A program made the translations under genes and the position numbers. Shown piece after piece: positions 55,143 to 64,000 of a stretch of 64,000 nucleotides of DNA; the first letter of the stretch is position 1, and each line of letters opens with the position of its first letter. The notes beneath the pieces are model-generated. The model made no database searches. It saw nothing but the letters and a program-made list of their open reading frames with translations, and was not told where the DNA came from. Origin of the DNA: a phage; sequence record PZ154896.1. One strand, 5' to 3'.

Positions 55143-55658
55143 ATGGCACAAATACTTCCTTTAAATACCGACTTAGGAGAAGACATGGAAGGGGCGTCTA
55201 TTGACGTCCTTTTTACTCCACAGTTAGAAACAACCGAAACTTTAGTGTCAATAAATATAACAGATTATGAACCGACACAAGGCATTACGGTAGACGGTAA
55301 TCGTTTATATGGAACATATGAAAGTGTGTTTAGCTTTTCTTCGGATGCATTGAAATACCGATTAAATGATAATTTTGAAACCGCATCTTCATGGGATGAT
55401 TTACCGAAAGATGAATCCACACAGTTATATTTGTGGAGAGCTCCTCAGAATCTTCGTAAAGTGTTTAGTTATACGGTTGAAATGATTTATAACTACCAAG
55501 AAGAAAGTTCATCAGGCGGTTCTAGAAGTGACTCTGGTACAGAACCTCCACCGGCTCCAGTACAAAAAACTCTTACTAAGGTTTATACAAAAACTATAGT
55601 AGGAAATTGGAGCAAATGGGCTCAACAATTACGAAACTATGTTTATGTGAGGCCGTGA
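55143..55658 (+). CDS. 5.1: gp5.1-like hypothetical protein
   Basis: 171-aa ORF between gene 5 and 5.4. Confidence 0.6.
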   Translation: MAQILPLNTDLGEDMEGASIDVLFTPQLETTETLVSINITDYEPTQGITVDGNRLYGTYESVFSFSSDALKYRLNDNFETASSWDDLPKDESTQLYLWRAPQNLRKVFSYTVEMIYNYQEESSSGGSRSDSGTEPPPAPVQKTLTKVYTKTIVGNWSKWAQQLRNYVYVRP

Positions 55659-55660
55659 AA

Positions 55661-55954
55661 ATGTCTGGTTTAAGTTACGACAAGTGCGTTACAACAGGTC
55701 ATGAAGCATGGCCTCCTACTGTAATAAATGCTTCCCAATCTAAAGTATTCACCGGCGGTATTCCTGTTCTTGTGGCAGGAGACCAAATAACACCTCATAC
55801 AGAAATTAAAAAACCATACGAGACTCATGGAGGTGTTACTGAACCTCGTACATCTAAAGTATACGTCACCGGTAAAAAGGCTGTTCAAATGGCTGACCCA
55901 ATTTCATGCGGGGATACTGTTTCTCAGGCCTCGTCAAAAGTCTTTATAAAATAG
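55661..55954 (+). CDS. 5.4: PAAR-repeat spike tip protein gp5.4
   Basis: 97 aa from [11 protein letters not shown]...; near-identical to T4 gp5.4 from memory; ATG 55661-55663. Confidence 0.85.
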   Translation: MSGLSYDKCVTTGHEAWPPTVINASQSKVFTGGIPVLVAGDQITPHTEIKKPYETHGGVTEPRTSKVYVTGKKAVQMADPISCGDTVSQASSKVFIK

Positions 55955-55962
55955 GAATTAAA

Positions 55963-57936
55963 ATGGCAAACACTCCTGTAAATTATCAATTAACCCGAAC
56001 AGCGAATGCTATTCCCGAGATTTTTATCGGGGGCACATTTGCCGAAATCAAACAGAATATTATCGAATGGCTCAATGGACAGAATGAATTTCTTGATTAT
56101 GATTTTGAAGGTTCGCGTTTAAACGTATTGTGTGACCTTTTAGCATATAACACTCTTTACATCCAACAGTTCAGTAATAGTGCAGTGTACGAAAGTTTTA
56201 TGCGTACTGCAAACTTGCGTAGTTCTGTTGTACAAGCGGCTCAAGATAACGGATATCTGCCTTCATCTAAATCAGCAGCACAAACAGAAATTATGCTCAC
56301 ATGTACTGATGCATTAAATAGAAACTATATCACCATTCCACGTGGCACTCGTTTCTTAGCATACGCTAAAGATACTTCTGTTAACCCGTATAACTTTGTT
56401 TCTACTGAAGATGTCATTGTAGTTAAAGACAAAAATAACCAATATTTTCCACGTCTTCGATTAGCTCAAGGACGTATTGTTCGCACTGAATTAACATTTG
56501 ATAGATTAAAACCTATCATTATTCGCGATAAGAATATTGACCGTAATTTGGTTAAGTTGTATGTTGACGGAGCAGAATGGATTAACTGGACTCGTAAGTC
56601 GATGGTTCACGCTGGTTCTACGTCAACAATCTATTATATGCGTGAAACAGTTGATGGGAACACCGAATTTTATTTTGGTGAAGGCGAAATCTCTATTAAC
56701 ACATCAGAAGGTGCGTTAACATCTAACTATATTGGTGGCCTTAAACCTGTTCAGGGTTCTAAAATCGTAATTGAGTATATTTCTACTAATGGCGCAGATG
56801 CTAACGGTGCTGTAGGATTTTCTTATGCTGATACATTAGCTAATATCACGGTAATCGGTATTAACGAGAACCCTAGCAATAACCCAGACTTTGTTGGGGC
56901 CGATGGCGGCGGTGACCCTGAAGATATTGAACGTATCCGCGAATTAGGCACAATTAAACGCGAAACTCAACAACGTTGTGTAACCGCTTCCGACTATGAC
57001 ACATTCGTCTCTGAGAGGTTTGGTTCTATTATTCAAGCGGTTCAAACATTCACGGATTCATCTAAACCAGGGTACGCATTTATTGCTGCTAAACCTAAGT
57101 CTGGGTTATATTTGACTTCAGTCCAACGTGATGATATCAAAAACTATTTGAATGATTATAACTTAGGGACTATTACACCTGTTGTTATTTCGCCTGATTA
57201 TTTGTTTATCAAAATGAATATCAAAGTTACGTACGCGTTGAATAAACTCCAGGAATCAGAACAATATCTTGAAGGGCAGATTATTAATAAAATAGACCGT
57301 TATTATATTGAAGATGTAGAAATTTTTAACTCATCATTTGCAAAATCTAAAATGCTAACTTATGTCGATGATGCAGATATTTCTATTATTGGTTCTTCAG
57401 CTACTATTCAAATGGTTCGCGAAGTACAAAACTTCTATAAAACGCCTGAGGCCGGTATTAAATACAATAATCAGATTAAAGATAGATCGATGGAATCTAA
57501 TATATTCTCGTTTGATTCGCACAGACCTAATCCAGAAAATGCAAACGAAACTATTAAATACGGTGTTCGCATAGTATCTTCTGACCGTAATGACCGTGGC
57601 ATAGGTCAAGTTATTATTGGTCCATTTGCAGACGGTGATGTTGTTGAAAACGAAAATATACAACCTTATACAGGTAATGATTTTAATAAACTTACTGTTA
57701 CTGACGGACGAAACAAATACTATTCAATTGGTGAAGTGAATTATCCTGCCGATTCGATTTATTGGAACATTGCTAAAATTGACCTCACTTCAGACCGTTT
57801 TGAAGTTCAAACAATTGAACTTTATTCCGACCCTGCAGATGATATTATTTTTACAAAGGATGGTTCTTTAATCGTATTCGAAAATGACTTACGTCCTCAG
57901 TACTTAACTATAGATTTGGAGCCTATTTCACAATGA
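55963..57936 (+). CDS. 6: baseplate wedge protein gp6
   Basis: Start set to MANTPVNYQLTRTANAIPEIF (ATG 55963-55965); high identity to T4 gp6 from memory. Confidence 0.95.
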   Translation: MANTPVNYQLTRTANAIPEIFIGGTFAEIKQNIIEWLNGQNEFLDYDFEGSRLNVLCDLLAYNTLYIQQFSNSAVYESFMRTANLRSSVVQAAQDNGYLPSSKSAAQTEIMLTCTDALNRNYITIPRGTRFLAYAKDTSVNPYNFVSTEDVIVVKDKNNQYFPRLRLAQGRIVRTELTFDRLKPIIIRDKNIDRNLVKLYVDGAEWINWTRKSMVHAGSTSTIYYMRETVDGNTEFYFGEGEISINTSEGALTSNYIGGLKPVQGSKIVIEYISTNGADANGAVGFSYADTLANITVIGINENPSNNPDFVGADGGGDPEDIERIRELGTIKRETQQRCVTASDYDTFVSERFGSIIQAVQTFTDSSKPGYAFIAAKPKSGLYLTSVQRDDIKNYLNDYNLGTITPVVISPDYLFIKMNIKVTYALNKLQESEQYLEGQIINKIDRYYIEDVEIFNSSFAKSKMLTYVDDADISIIGSSATIQMVREVQNFYKTPEAGIKYNNQIKDRSMESNIFSFDSHRPNPENANETIKYGVRIVSSDRNDRGIGQVIIGPFADGDVVENENIQPYTGNDFNKLTVTDGRNKYYSIGEVNYPADSIYWNIAKIDLTSDRFEVQTIELYSDPADDIIFTKDGSLIVFENDLRPQYLTIDLEPISQ

Positions 57937-60900
57937 CAGTAAAAGCGCCAGCAGTCACAAGTCTCAGAATATCCAAGTTGTCCGCTAACCAAGTTCAAAT
58001 ACGCTGGGATGACGTTGGTGCTAATTTCTACTATTTTGTAGAAATCGCTGAGACTAAAACGGCAGACGGGGAAATAATTCCCCCTGCCAGCTACAGATGG
58101 ACAAATTTAGGATATACTCCTAATAGCAACTGGTTCGAAAGTAGCTTAGACCCATTAACTTCTTATATTATTCGTGTATCAACTGCCGCTGAAGGCTTCG
58201 AGAGATCTGATTGGGTATATACCGAAATATTTGAATCATTTCAGACTAACGCGTATACATTTCAACATATGATTGAAATGCAATTGGCTAATACTTTTAT
58301 TAGAGAAAAATTTACAAATAACAACACGGCTTATGTCGATTTTAATAACGACACTATAATGGCAGCTCTAATGAATGAATCGTTCCAATTTAGCCCTGCT
58401 TATGCGGATATTTCATCTATTAAAAATTTCATTATTGGTGAAAATGAGTATCATGAAATTCAAGGTTCGATTCAACAGGTGTGTCATGATATAAACCGTG
58501 TTTATTTGATGGAATCCGAAGGAATTCTTTATTTGTTTGAACGGTATCAGCCTGTGGTTAAAGTCTCTAATGATAAGGGACAAACCTGGAAATCGGTTAA
58601 ATTGTTTAATGACCGTGTAGGGTACCCTGTATCAAGAACAGTGTATTACCAGACAGATTACACCACGTATGTTCTTGGGTATGATAAATTATTTTACGGC
58701 CGTAAATCAACTGACGTTCGTTGGTCTGCTGATGATGTGAGATTTAGTTCTCAAGATATAACATTTGCTAAAATTGGTGACCAGTTAAATTTAGGATTTG
58801 ATGTAGAAATATTTGGTAACTACGCATCATTACCTGCTAACGTATCACGTATTGCAGAAGCTATCGTTTGCAATGACGATTATGTATATGTTGCTGCTCG
58901 AGATAAAGTCCGTTTTATTAAAACTAGTAATGCCCCTATTGATTCAGACCCATTATCTCCGACATATTCCGAACGTTTGTTTGAACAAGAAACATTTAAC
59001 ATCACAGGTAACCCTAAGGCAGTTTGCTATAAAATGGATTCTGTCGGTGGTAAAATATTTGCACTGATTATCGGTGAAGTTGTTAATCTTAATGACGACC
59101 CGAGGACCACTCCTATTGTTGATTCTGCTGATAAAGGTGTTTACGTTCTAGACCATGATGCTGGCACATTTAAACGTGTGTTTGGTAATACTGAAGAAGA
59201 ACGCCGTCGTATTGAACCTGGGTACACCAGTATGTCTACTGATGGTGTTGAGTTATCTATTTCATCTAGTAATTTTAAATTTTTAGAATCAGATATTGTT
59301 GATGACCAAAAAACACAAACCAAGTACGGTTTAATCGGTGCTGTTAAATACGAGTATCCTCGCGAATGGTTGGCTGATAAACATTATCATATGATGTCAT
59401 TTATTTCAACTGAAGACTCTCAATGGGAATCGTTCACTCCTCAACCGATGGAATACTATGCTGAGCCATTCTTTAGTTATTCTAGAAAGTCTGGTACTCG
59501 TTGTTGGATTAATAACTCAGACAAGGCCGTTGTAATTTATTCTGATTTACTTTACACTAAGGTTATTGAGAGTCATCCACTTAGTTCTCCAGACCGTGAA
59601 GTTCATGAATATTGGAAGGACGGTGACTGTACAATAGTGATGCCTAACGTAGATTTCACCGGATTTAAAAAATATGCATCCGGCATGATTTTCTATAAAG
59701 CATCAGGTGAGATTATTTCTTATTATGATTTTAGTTACCGTGTTAGAGATAATGTTTCTATAATTTGGAAGCCTACTAATGTATTCTTAACAGCATCGTT
59801 ACAAAACCAAGAAAAAGATACCACATGGGCTCCTGTGGAAGAGAATGGTATTGCGGACCCAGATTTACGACCATTGCTCACTACAATGATGCCGGAGTCT
59901 TATCTTTTAGATAATACAAACTTCGAAGCATTCTGCGAGGCTTATATTCAGTATCTTTCTGACGGTTATGGGACCCATTATAACAACCTTTTAAATCTTA
60001 TTAAAAATCAATATCCACGAGAAGAACATGCGTGGGAATATTTATGGTCTGAGATTTATAAACGAAACATTTACTTAAACGCCGAAAAACGCGATTTAGT
60101 GTCTCGTTTCTTTGAATCAAGAAGTTATGACTTCTATTCAACTAAAGGAACTGAAGCATCATATAAATTCTTGTTTAAAGTGCTTTATAATGAAGATGTT
60201 GAAATTGAAATTGAATCTAGTTCCGGGACCGAATATGATATCATCATTGAATCTGATTCGTTGACAGAAGATTTGGTCGGACAAACCATATACACCGCTA
60301 CAGGACGTTGTAATGTGACGTATATCGAGAGAAGTTACTCTAAAGGTAAATTACAATGGGCTGTAACAATTCACAACCTCTTAGGTCGTTTAATCCAAGG
60401 ACAGGAAGTTAAAGCTGAAAGACTCCCTGGTTTTGAAGGTGAAATTGTTCGTGGTATTAAAGGTAAAGAGCTTTCTCAGAACAACATCGATTACATAAAT
60501 CGTGGTAGAGCATACTACGTAATGAAGATTAAATCTAAACTTCCATCATCTCGTTGGAAATCAGACGTATTACGTTTTGTTCATCCGGTTGGATTTGGAT
60601 TTATCGCAATTACCCTTCTCACAATGTTTATTAACACTGGATTAACACTTAAACATGTTGAAACCATTATTAATAAATACAAAAACTATAAGTGGGATTC
60701 TGGATTACCGACTAAATATGCAGACCGAGTGGCTAAATTAGACCCACAAGGAAATGTTGAGTTTGACCCTATTACAGGTAAAGCGATATATGAAATAGGC
60801 CCTATGGCTGGTCAAGATTATCCATTGCCTGAAGATTATAACGCTGAAAACAATAACTCCATATTTCAAGGTCAACTTCCATCGGAACGACGTAAACTGA

Positions 60901-61031
60901 TGAGCCCATTATTTGATGCGTCTGGAACAACATTCTCTAGATTTAGAGATTTGGTTGAACAGCGGTTAATCGATAATGTAGGAAATCCAAGAGACCCCGT
61001 GAATCCACCACAGGTTAAATTAGATGAATGA
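57933..61031 (+). CDS. 7: baseplate wedge protein gp7
   Basis: 1032 aa, same length as T4 gp7; ATGA overlap with gene 6. Confidence 0.95.
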   Translation: MTVKAPAVTSLRISKLSANQVQIRWDDVGANFYYFVEIAETKTADGEIIPPASYRWTNLGYTPNSNWFESSLDPLTSYIIRVSTAAEGFERSDWVYTEIFESFQTNAYTFQHMIEMQLANTFIREKFTNNNTAYVDFNNDTIMAALMNESFQFSPAYADISSIKNFIIGENEYHEIQGSIQQVCHDINRVYLMESEGILYLFERYQPVVKVSNDKGQTWKSVKLFNDRVGYPVSRTVYYQTDYTTYVLGYDKLFYGRKSTDVRWSADDVRFSSQDITFAKIGDQLNLGFDVEIFGNYASLPANVSRIAEAIVCNDDYVYVAARDKVRFIKTSNAPIDSDPLSPTYSERLFEQETFNITGNPKAVCYKMDSVGGKIFALIIGEVVNLNDDPRTTPIVDSADKGVYVLDHDAGTFKRVFGNTEEERRRIEPGYTSMSTDGVELSISSSNFKFLESDIVDDQKTQTKYGLIGAVKYEYPREWLADKHYHMMSFISTEDSQWESFTPQPMEYYAEPFFSYSRKSGTRCWINNSDKAVVIYSDLLYTKVIESHPLSSPDREVHEYWKDGDCTIVMPNVDFTGFKKYASGMIFYKASGEIISYYDFSYRVRDNVSIIWKPTNVFLTASLQNQEKDTTWAPVEENGIADPDLRPLLTTMMPESYLLDNTNFEAFCEAYIQYLSDGYGTHYNNLLNLIKNQYPREEHAWEYLWSEIYKRNIYLNAEKRDLVSRFFESRSYDFYSTKGTEASYKFLFKVLYNEDVEIEIESSSGTEYDIIIESDSLTEDLVGQTIYTATGRCNVTYIERSYSKGKLQWAVTIHNLLGRLIQGQEVKAERLPGFEGEIVRGIKGKELSQNNIDYINRGRAYYVMKIKSKLPSSRWKSDVLRFVHPVGFGFIAITLLTMFINTGLTLKHVETIINKYKNYKWDSGLPTKYADRVAKLDPQGNVEFDPITGKAIYEIGPMAGQDYPLPEDYNAENNNSIFQGQLPSERRKLMSPLFDASGTTFSRFRDLVEQRLIDNVGNPRDPVNPPQVKLDE

Positions 61032-62028
61032 TTCAAGTGTTATCTATCGTGCAATAGTTACATCAAAATTTAGAACAGAGAAAATGCTGAATTTTTATAA
61101 TTCAGTTGGGGATGGAGATGATAAGAACTCCATTTATATTACGTTTGGACGTTCAGAGCCTTGGGCGTCAAATGAAAATGAGGTGGGCTTCGCCCCACCT
61201 TATCCTACAGATTCTGTTCTTGGTGTTACTGATATGTGGTCCCATATGATGGGTACCGTTAAAGTTTTACCTTCAATGTTAGATTCTGTTATTCCTAGAC
61301 GTGATTGGGGAGATGTGCGATATCCAGACCCTTACACGTTTAGAATTAACGATATAGTCGCATGTAATACTGCTCCGTACAACGCGACAGAAGTTGGAGC
61401 TGGTTGGTTAATTTACCGTTGTTTAGATGTCCCTGACGTAGGGCTCTGTTCAATAGAATCTTTAGATAATAAAGATGAATGTCTTAAATTAGGTGGTAAA
61501 TGGACTCCGTCTGTTCGTTCTATGTCTCCTCCTGAAGGCAGAGGCGATGCTAATGGGGTTATCGAAACCGGTGATGGATATATTTGGGAATACCTTTATG
61601 AGATTCCTGCCGATGTGTCAATTAACCGTTGCACTAATGAATATCTTGTAGTTCCATGGCCAGAAGAAATTAAAGAAGACCCCGCCCGTTGGGGATATGA
61701 AAATAACTTAACTTGGCAACAAGATGACTACGGCTTGATTTACCGTGTTAAAGCCAATACGATGCGGTTTAAAGCATATTTTGATTCTGTTTATTTCCCT
61801 GAGGCAGCTTTGCCTGGTAACAAGGGTTTTAGACAGATATCAATTATCACAAACCCGTTAGAAGCTAAGAAAAATCCAAATGACCCTAATGTTAAAGCAG
61901 AAAAGGATTATTACGACCCTAGAGACCTGCAGCGTCATTCCGGTGAAATGATTTATATGGAAAACCGACCACCTGTTATTATGGCAATGGACCAAACAGA
62001 AGAAATTAACATTTTGTTTATGTTTTAA
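61024..62028 (+). CDS. 8: baseplate wedge protein gp8
   Basis: 334 aa, same length as T4 gp8. Confidence 0.95.
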   Translation: MNDSSVIYRAIVTSKFRTEKMLNFYNSVGDGDDKNSIYITFGRSEPWASNENEVGFAPPYPTDSVLGVTDMWSHMMGTVKVLPSMLDSVIPRRDWGDVRYPDPYTFRINDIVACNTAPYNATEVGAGWLIYRCLDVPDVGLCSIESLDNKDECLKLGGKWTPSVRSMSPPEGRGDANGVIETGDGYIWEYLYEIPADVSINRCTNEYLVVPWPEEIKEDPARWGYENNLTWQQDDYGLIYRVKANTMRFKAYFDSVYFPEAALPGNKGFRQISIITNPLEAKKNPNDPNVKAEKDYYDPRDLQRHSGEMIYMENRPPVIMAMDQTEEINILFMF

Positions 62029-62033
62029 TTAGG

Positions 62034-62057
62034 GAGCCTTCGGGCTCCCATTTTTGT
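62034..62057 (+). terminator. rho-independent terminator (UUCG tetraloop)
   Basis: GGGAGCC-UUCG-GGCUCCC followed by AUUUUUGU, just 3' of gene 8. Confidence 0.6.
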
Positions 62058-62060
62058 ATC

Positions 62061-62068
62061 TATAAATA
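62061..62068 (+). promoter_or_regulatory. late promoter TATAAATA (gene 9)
   Basis: Exact TATAAATA 33 nt upstream of gene 9 ATG. Confidence 0.55.
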
Positions 62069-62100
62069 GAATATAATATCGGACAACAAAAGGCAGAATT

Positions 62101-62973
62101 ATGGCATTTTTTAAGCAAACTCCTAAACAATTAATCGATACCGGCGAAATTGGTAATGCCTCAACAGGTGATATCTTATTCGACGGTGGTAATAAAATAA
62201 ATGACGATATCAACGCTATTTACAATGCATTTGGCGATCAACGTAAAATGGCCATAGCAGATGGAACCGGACCAACAGGTCAAACTATTCATGCCACAGG
62301 CTATTATCAAAAAGGAAAGGCTGTCGATTATCAAACTCCTATTAAACCTGGCACCATGCATGATATTGATGCTTCTGATGGCGGTGTGATTGTTATTATT
62401 GACCGTCCTGAATTAGGTGACTCTGTAGAATTCATAAACTCTAATGGGTCTATTTCTGTTAACAATCCTTTAAGTATCCAAGTAACTGATGGTTCAATTA
62501 AAGGCGTTCTTAATAATCTTGTTATTTCCACCCCTTATACCCATGTTGTTCTTCGTTGTATTGAAATTAATGGGCCAACTTCAGTATGGAATTATTCTAC
62601 TGATAGCATGTTTGGGCAGAAAGAATCTCCTGTCGATGGGACTTGGAGTCTTACAGGAAACACAGTTTCTATTCCTCTGTTTTATCGCACAGATTATAAC
62701 ATGGCTAAATTGCTTGTTACATGCCAATCCGCAGACGGTAGAAAAATAAAAACATGCGAAATAAATATTCTAATAGATACAATTAACTCAGAAGTTCTTT
62801 CTACCGAATTTGCAGTAATGCGAGTTGGTAATGTAGATGAAACCGACGAGATTGCTAATATTAGCTTTAGTATTATTAACAACTTTGTTACTATGACGAT
62901 TACATCTGATATTATTGGATTACGTTCGGCAGTTAAAATTATCTCAACTCAGAAAATTGGGGTCGCTCAATAA
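62101..62973 (+). CDS. 9: baseplate wedge / long-tail-fibre socket protein gp9
   Basis: 290 aa (T4 gp9 is 288 aa). Confidence 0.9.
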   Translation: MAFFKQTPKQLIDTGEIGNASTGDILFDGGNKINDDINAIYNAFGDQRKMAIADGTGPTGQTIHATGYYQKGKAVDYQTPIKPGTMHDIDASDGGVIVIIDRPELGDSVEFINSNGSISVNNPLSIQVTDGSIKGVLNNLVISTPYTHVVLRCIEINGPTSVWNYSTDSMFGQKESPVDGTWSLTGNTVSIPLFYRTDYNMAKLLVTCQSADGRKIKTCEINILIDTINSEVLSTEFAVMRVGNVDETDEIANISFSIINNFVTMTITSDIIGLRSAVKIISTQKIGVAQ

Positions 62974-64000
62974 TGAAACAAAATATTAAAATTGGTAACG
63001 TCGTTGATGACGGACAAGGCGATTACCTTCGTCGAGGTGGTGAAAAAATAAATGAGAACTTTGACGAAATCTATTATGAATTAGGTGATGGTGAAGTTCC
63101 TTATTCCGCTGGCGCATGGAAGACTTATGATGCGGCTGATGGTCTTAATCTTAAGGCGGCTTGGGGTAAATCTTATGCAATTAATACTACTTCTGGCCGG
63201 GTTTCGGTAAATCTTCCTAAAGGGACAATTGCAGACTATAATAAAGTTATTCGTGCTCGTGACGTATTTGCAACTTGGAACATTAACCCTGTTACTTTAA
63301 TTCCAGCAAACGGAGACACGATTAAAGGTTCTTCATCTCCGGTAGAAATTAACGTTCAGTTCTCTGATTTAGAATTAGTTTATTGTGCTCCTGGACGTTG
63401 GGAATACATCAAGAACAAACAAATTGATAAAATAGTTAGCTCTGACATTAGTAATGTTGCTCGTAGAGAATATCTGGTTGAAACCCAAGGTCAGACCGAT
63501 TTCATGGATGTTTTTAACGGGACCTCTTATAACGTTAACAACATTCGTGTAAAACATCGTGGCAACGAATTGTATTATGGTGATGTATTCAGTGATAATA
63601 GCGATTTTGGTTCGCCAGGCGCTAATCCTGGTGAACTGGTTGCACTTGATGGATTTAATATTAGATTACGCCAACCATGTAATGTTGGTGACACCGTACA
63701 AATTGAGACATTCCTAGATGGTGTTTCTCAGTGGCGTAGTTCATATACTCGTCGCCAAGTTCGCATTTTAGATAGTAAATTGACTGCTAAAAAGTCTATT
63801 GATGGAAGTATTTACGTCACTGATTTGAGTACGTTCCGGTCTATTCCATTTACAGCATTTGGTATTAATCCTACGGAACCACCTAACCCGAATTCGTTAG
63901 AAGTTCGCTTCAATGGTATTCTCCAAGAATTAGCTGGTACTGTTGGAACTCCTATTTTCCGCTGTGAAGGTGTGGATGCTGACTCTGAAGAGTCATGCGC
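62973..64000 (+). CDS. 10: baseplate wedge / short-tail-fibre attachment protein gp10 (partial; continues beyond window end)
   Basis: ATG 62973-62975 in TAATG overlap with gene 9; MKQNIKIGNVVDDGQGDYLRRGG... about 85% identical to T4 gp10 N-terminus from memory; no stop before 64000. Confidence 0.9.
   Translation, partial: MKQNIKIGNVVDDGQGDYLRRGGEKINENFDEIYYELGDGEVPYSAGAWKTYDAADGLNLKAAWGKSYAINTTSGRVSVNLPKGTIADYNKVIRARDVFATWNINPVTLIPANGDTIKGSSSPVEINVQFSDLELVYCAPGRWEYIKNKQIDKIVSSDISNVARREYLVETQGQTDFMDVFNGTSYNVNNIRVKHRGNELYYGDVFSDNSDFGSPGANPGELVALDGFNIRLRQPCNVGDTVQIETFLDGVSQWRSSYTRRQVRILDSKLTAKKSIDGSIYVTDLSTFRSIPFTAFGINPTEPPNPNSLEVRFNGILQELAGTVGTPIFRCEGVDADSEESC

Overview
This window is a 64-kb segment of a T4-like (Tevenvirinae) myovirus genome. 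The 903-aa DNA polymerase at 2482-5193 (minus) matches my recollection of the RB69 gp43 sequence, so the phage is RB69-like; all homology calls here are from memory, no search was run. The minus strand (1-52769) carries early/middle genes in T4 order: a sugar-activation gene pair, 43, regA, 62, 44, 45, rpbA, 46, 47, 55, nrdH/nrdG/nrdD, 49, nrdC, rI, tk, regB, an array of capsid-targeted internal proteins, denV, e, nudE, a hyperplastic block of small ORFs, two tRNAs, 57B, 57A, 1, 3, 2, 4. The plus strand (52831-64000) carries late baseplate genes 53, 5, 5.1, 5.4, 6, 7, 8, 9 and the start of 10. The most interesting candidates are the nucleotide-sugar gene pair at the left end (with no alpha-gt between 47 and 55), more than 25 palindrome-embedded early promoters, seven internal-protein genes, and two small paralog families defined by conserved C-terminal motifs. 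No CRISPR array, integrase, transposase or rRNA was seen. Several ORF-track starts are GTG/TTG; starts were moved to the homologous ATG where a T4 protein is recognisable.
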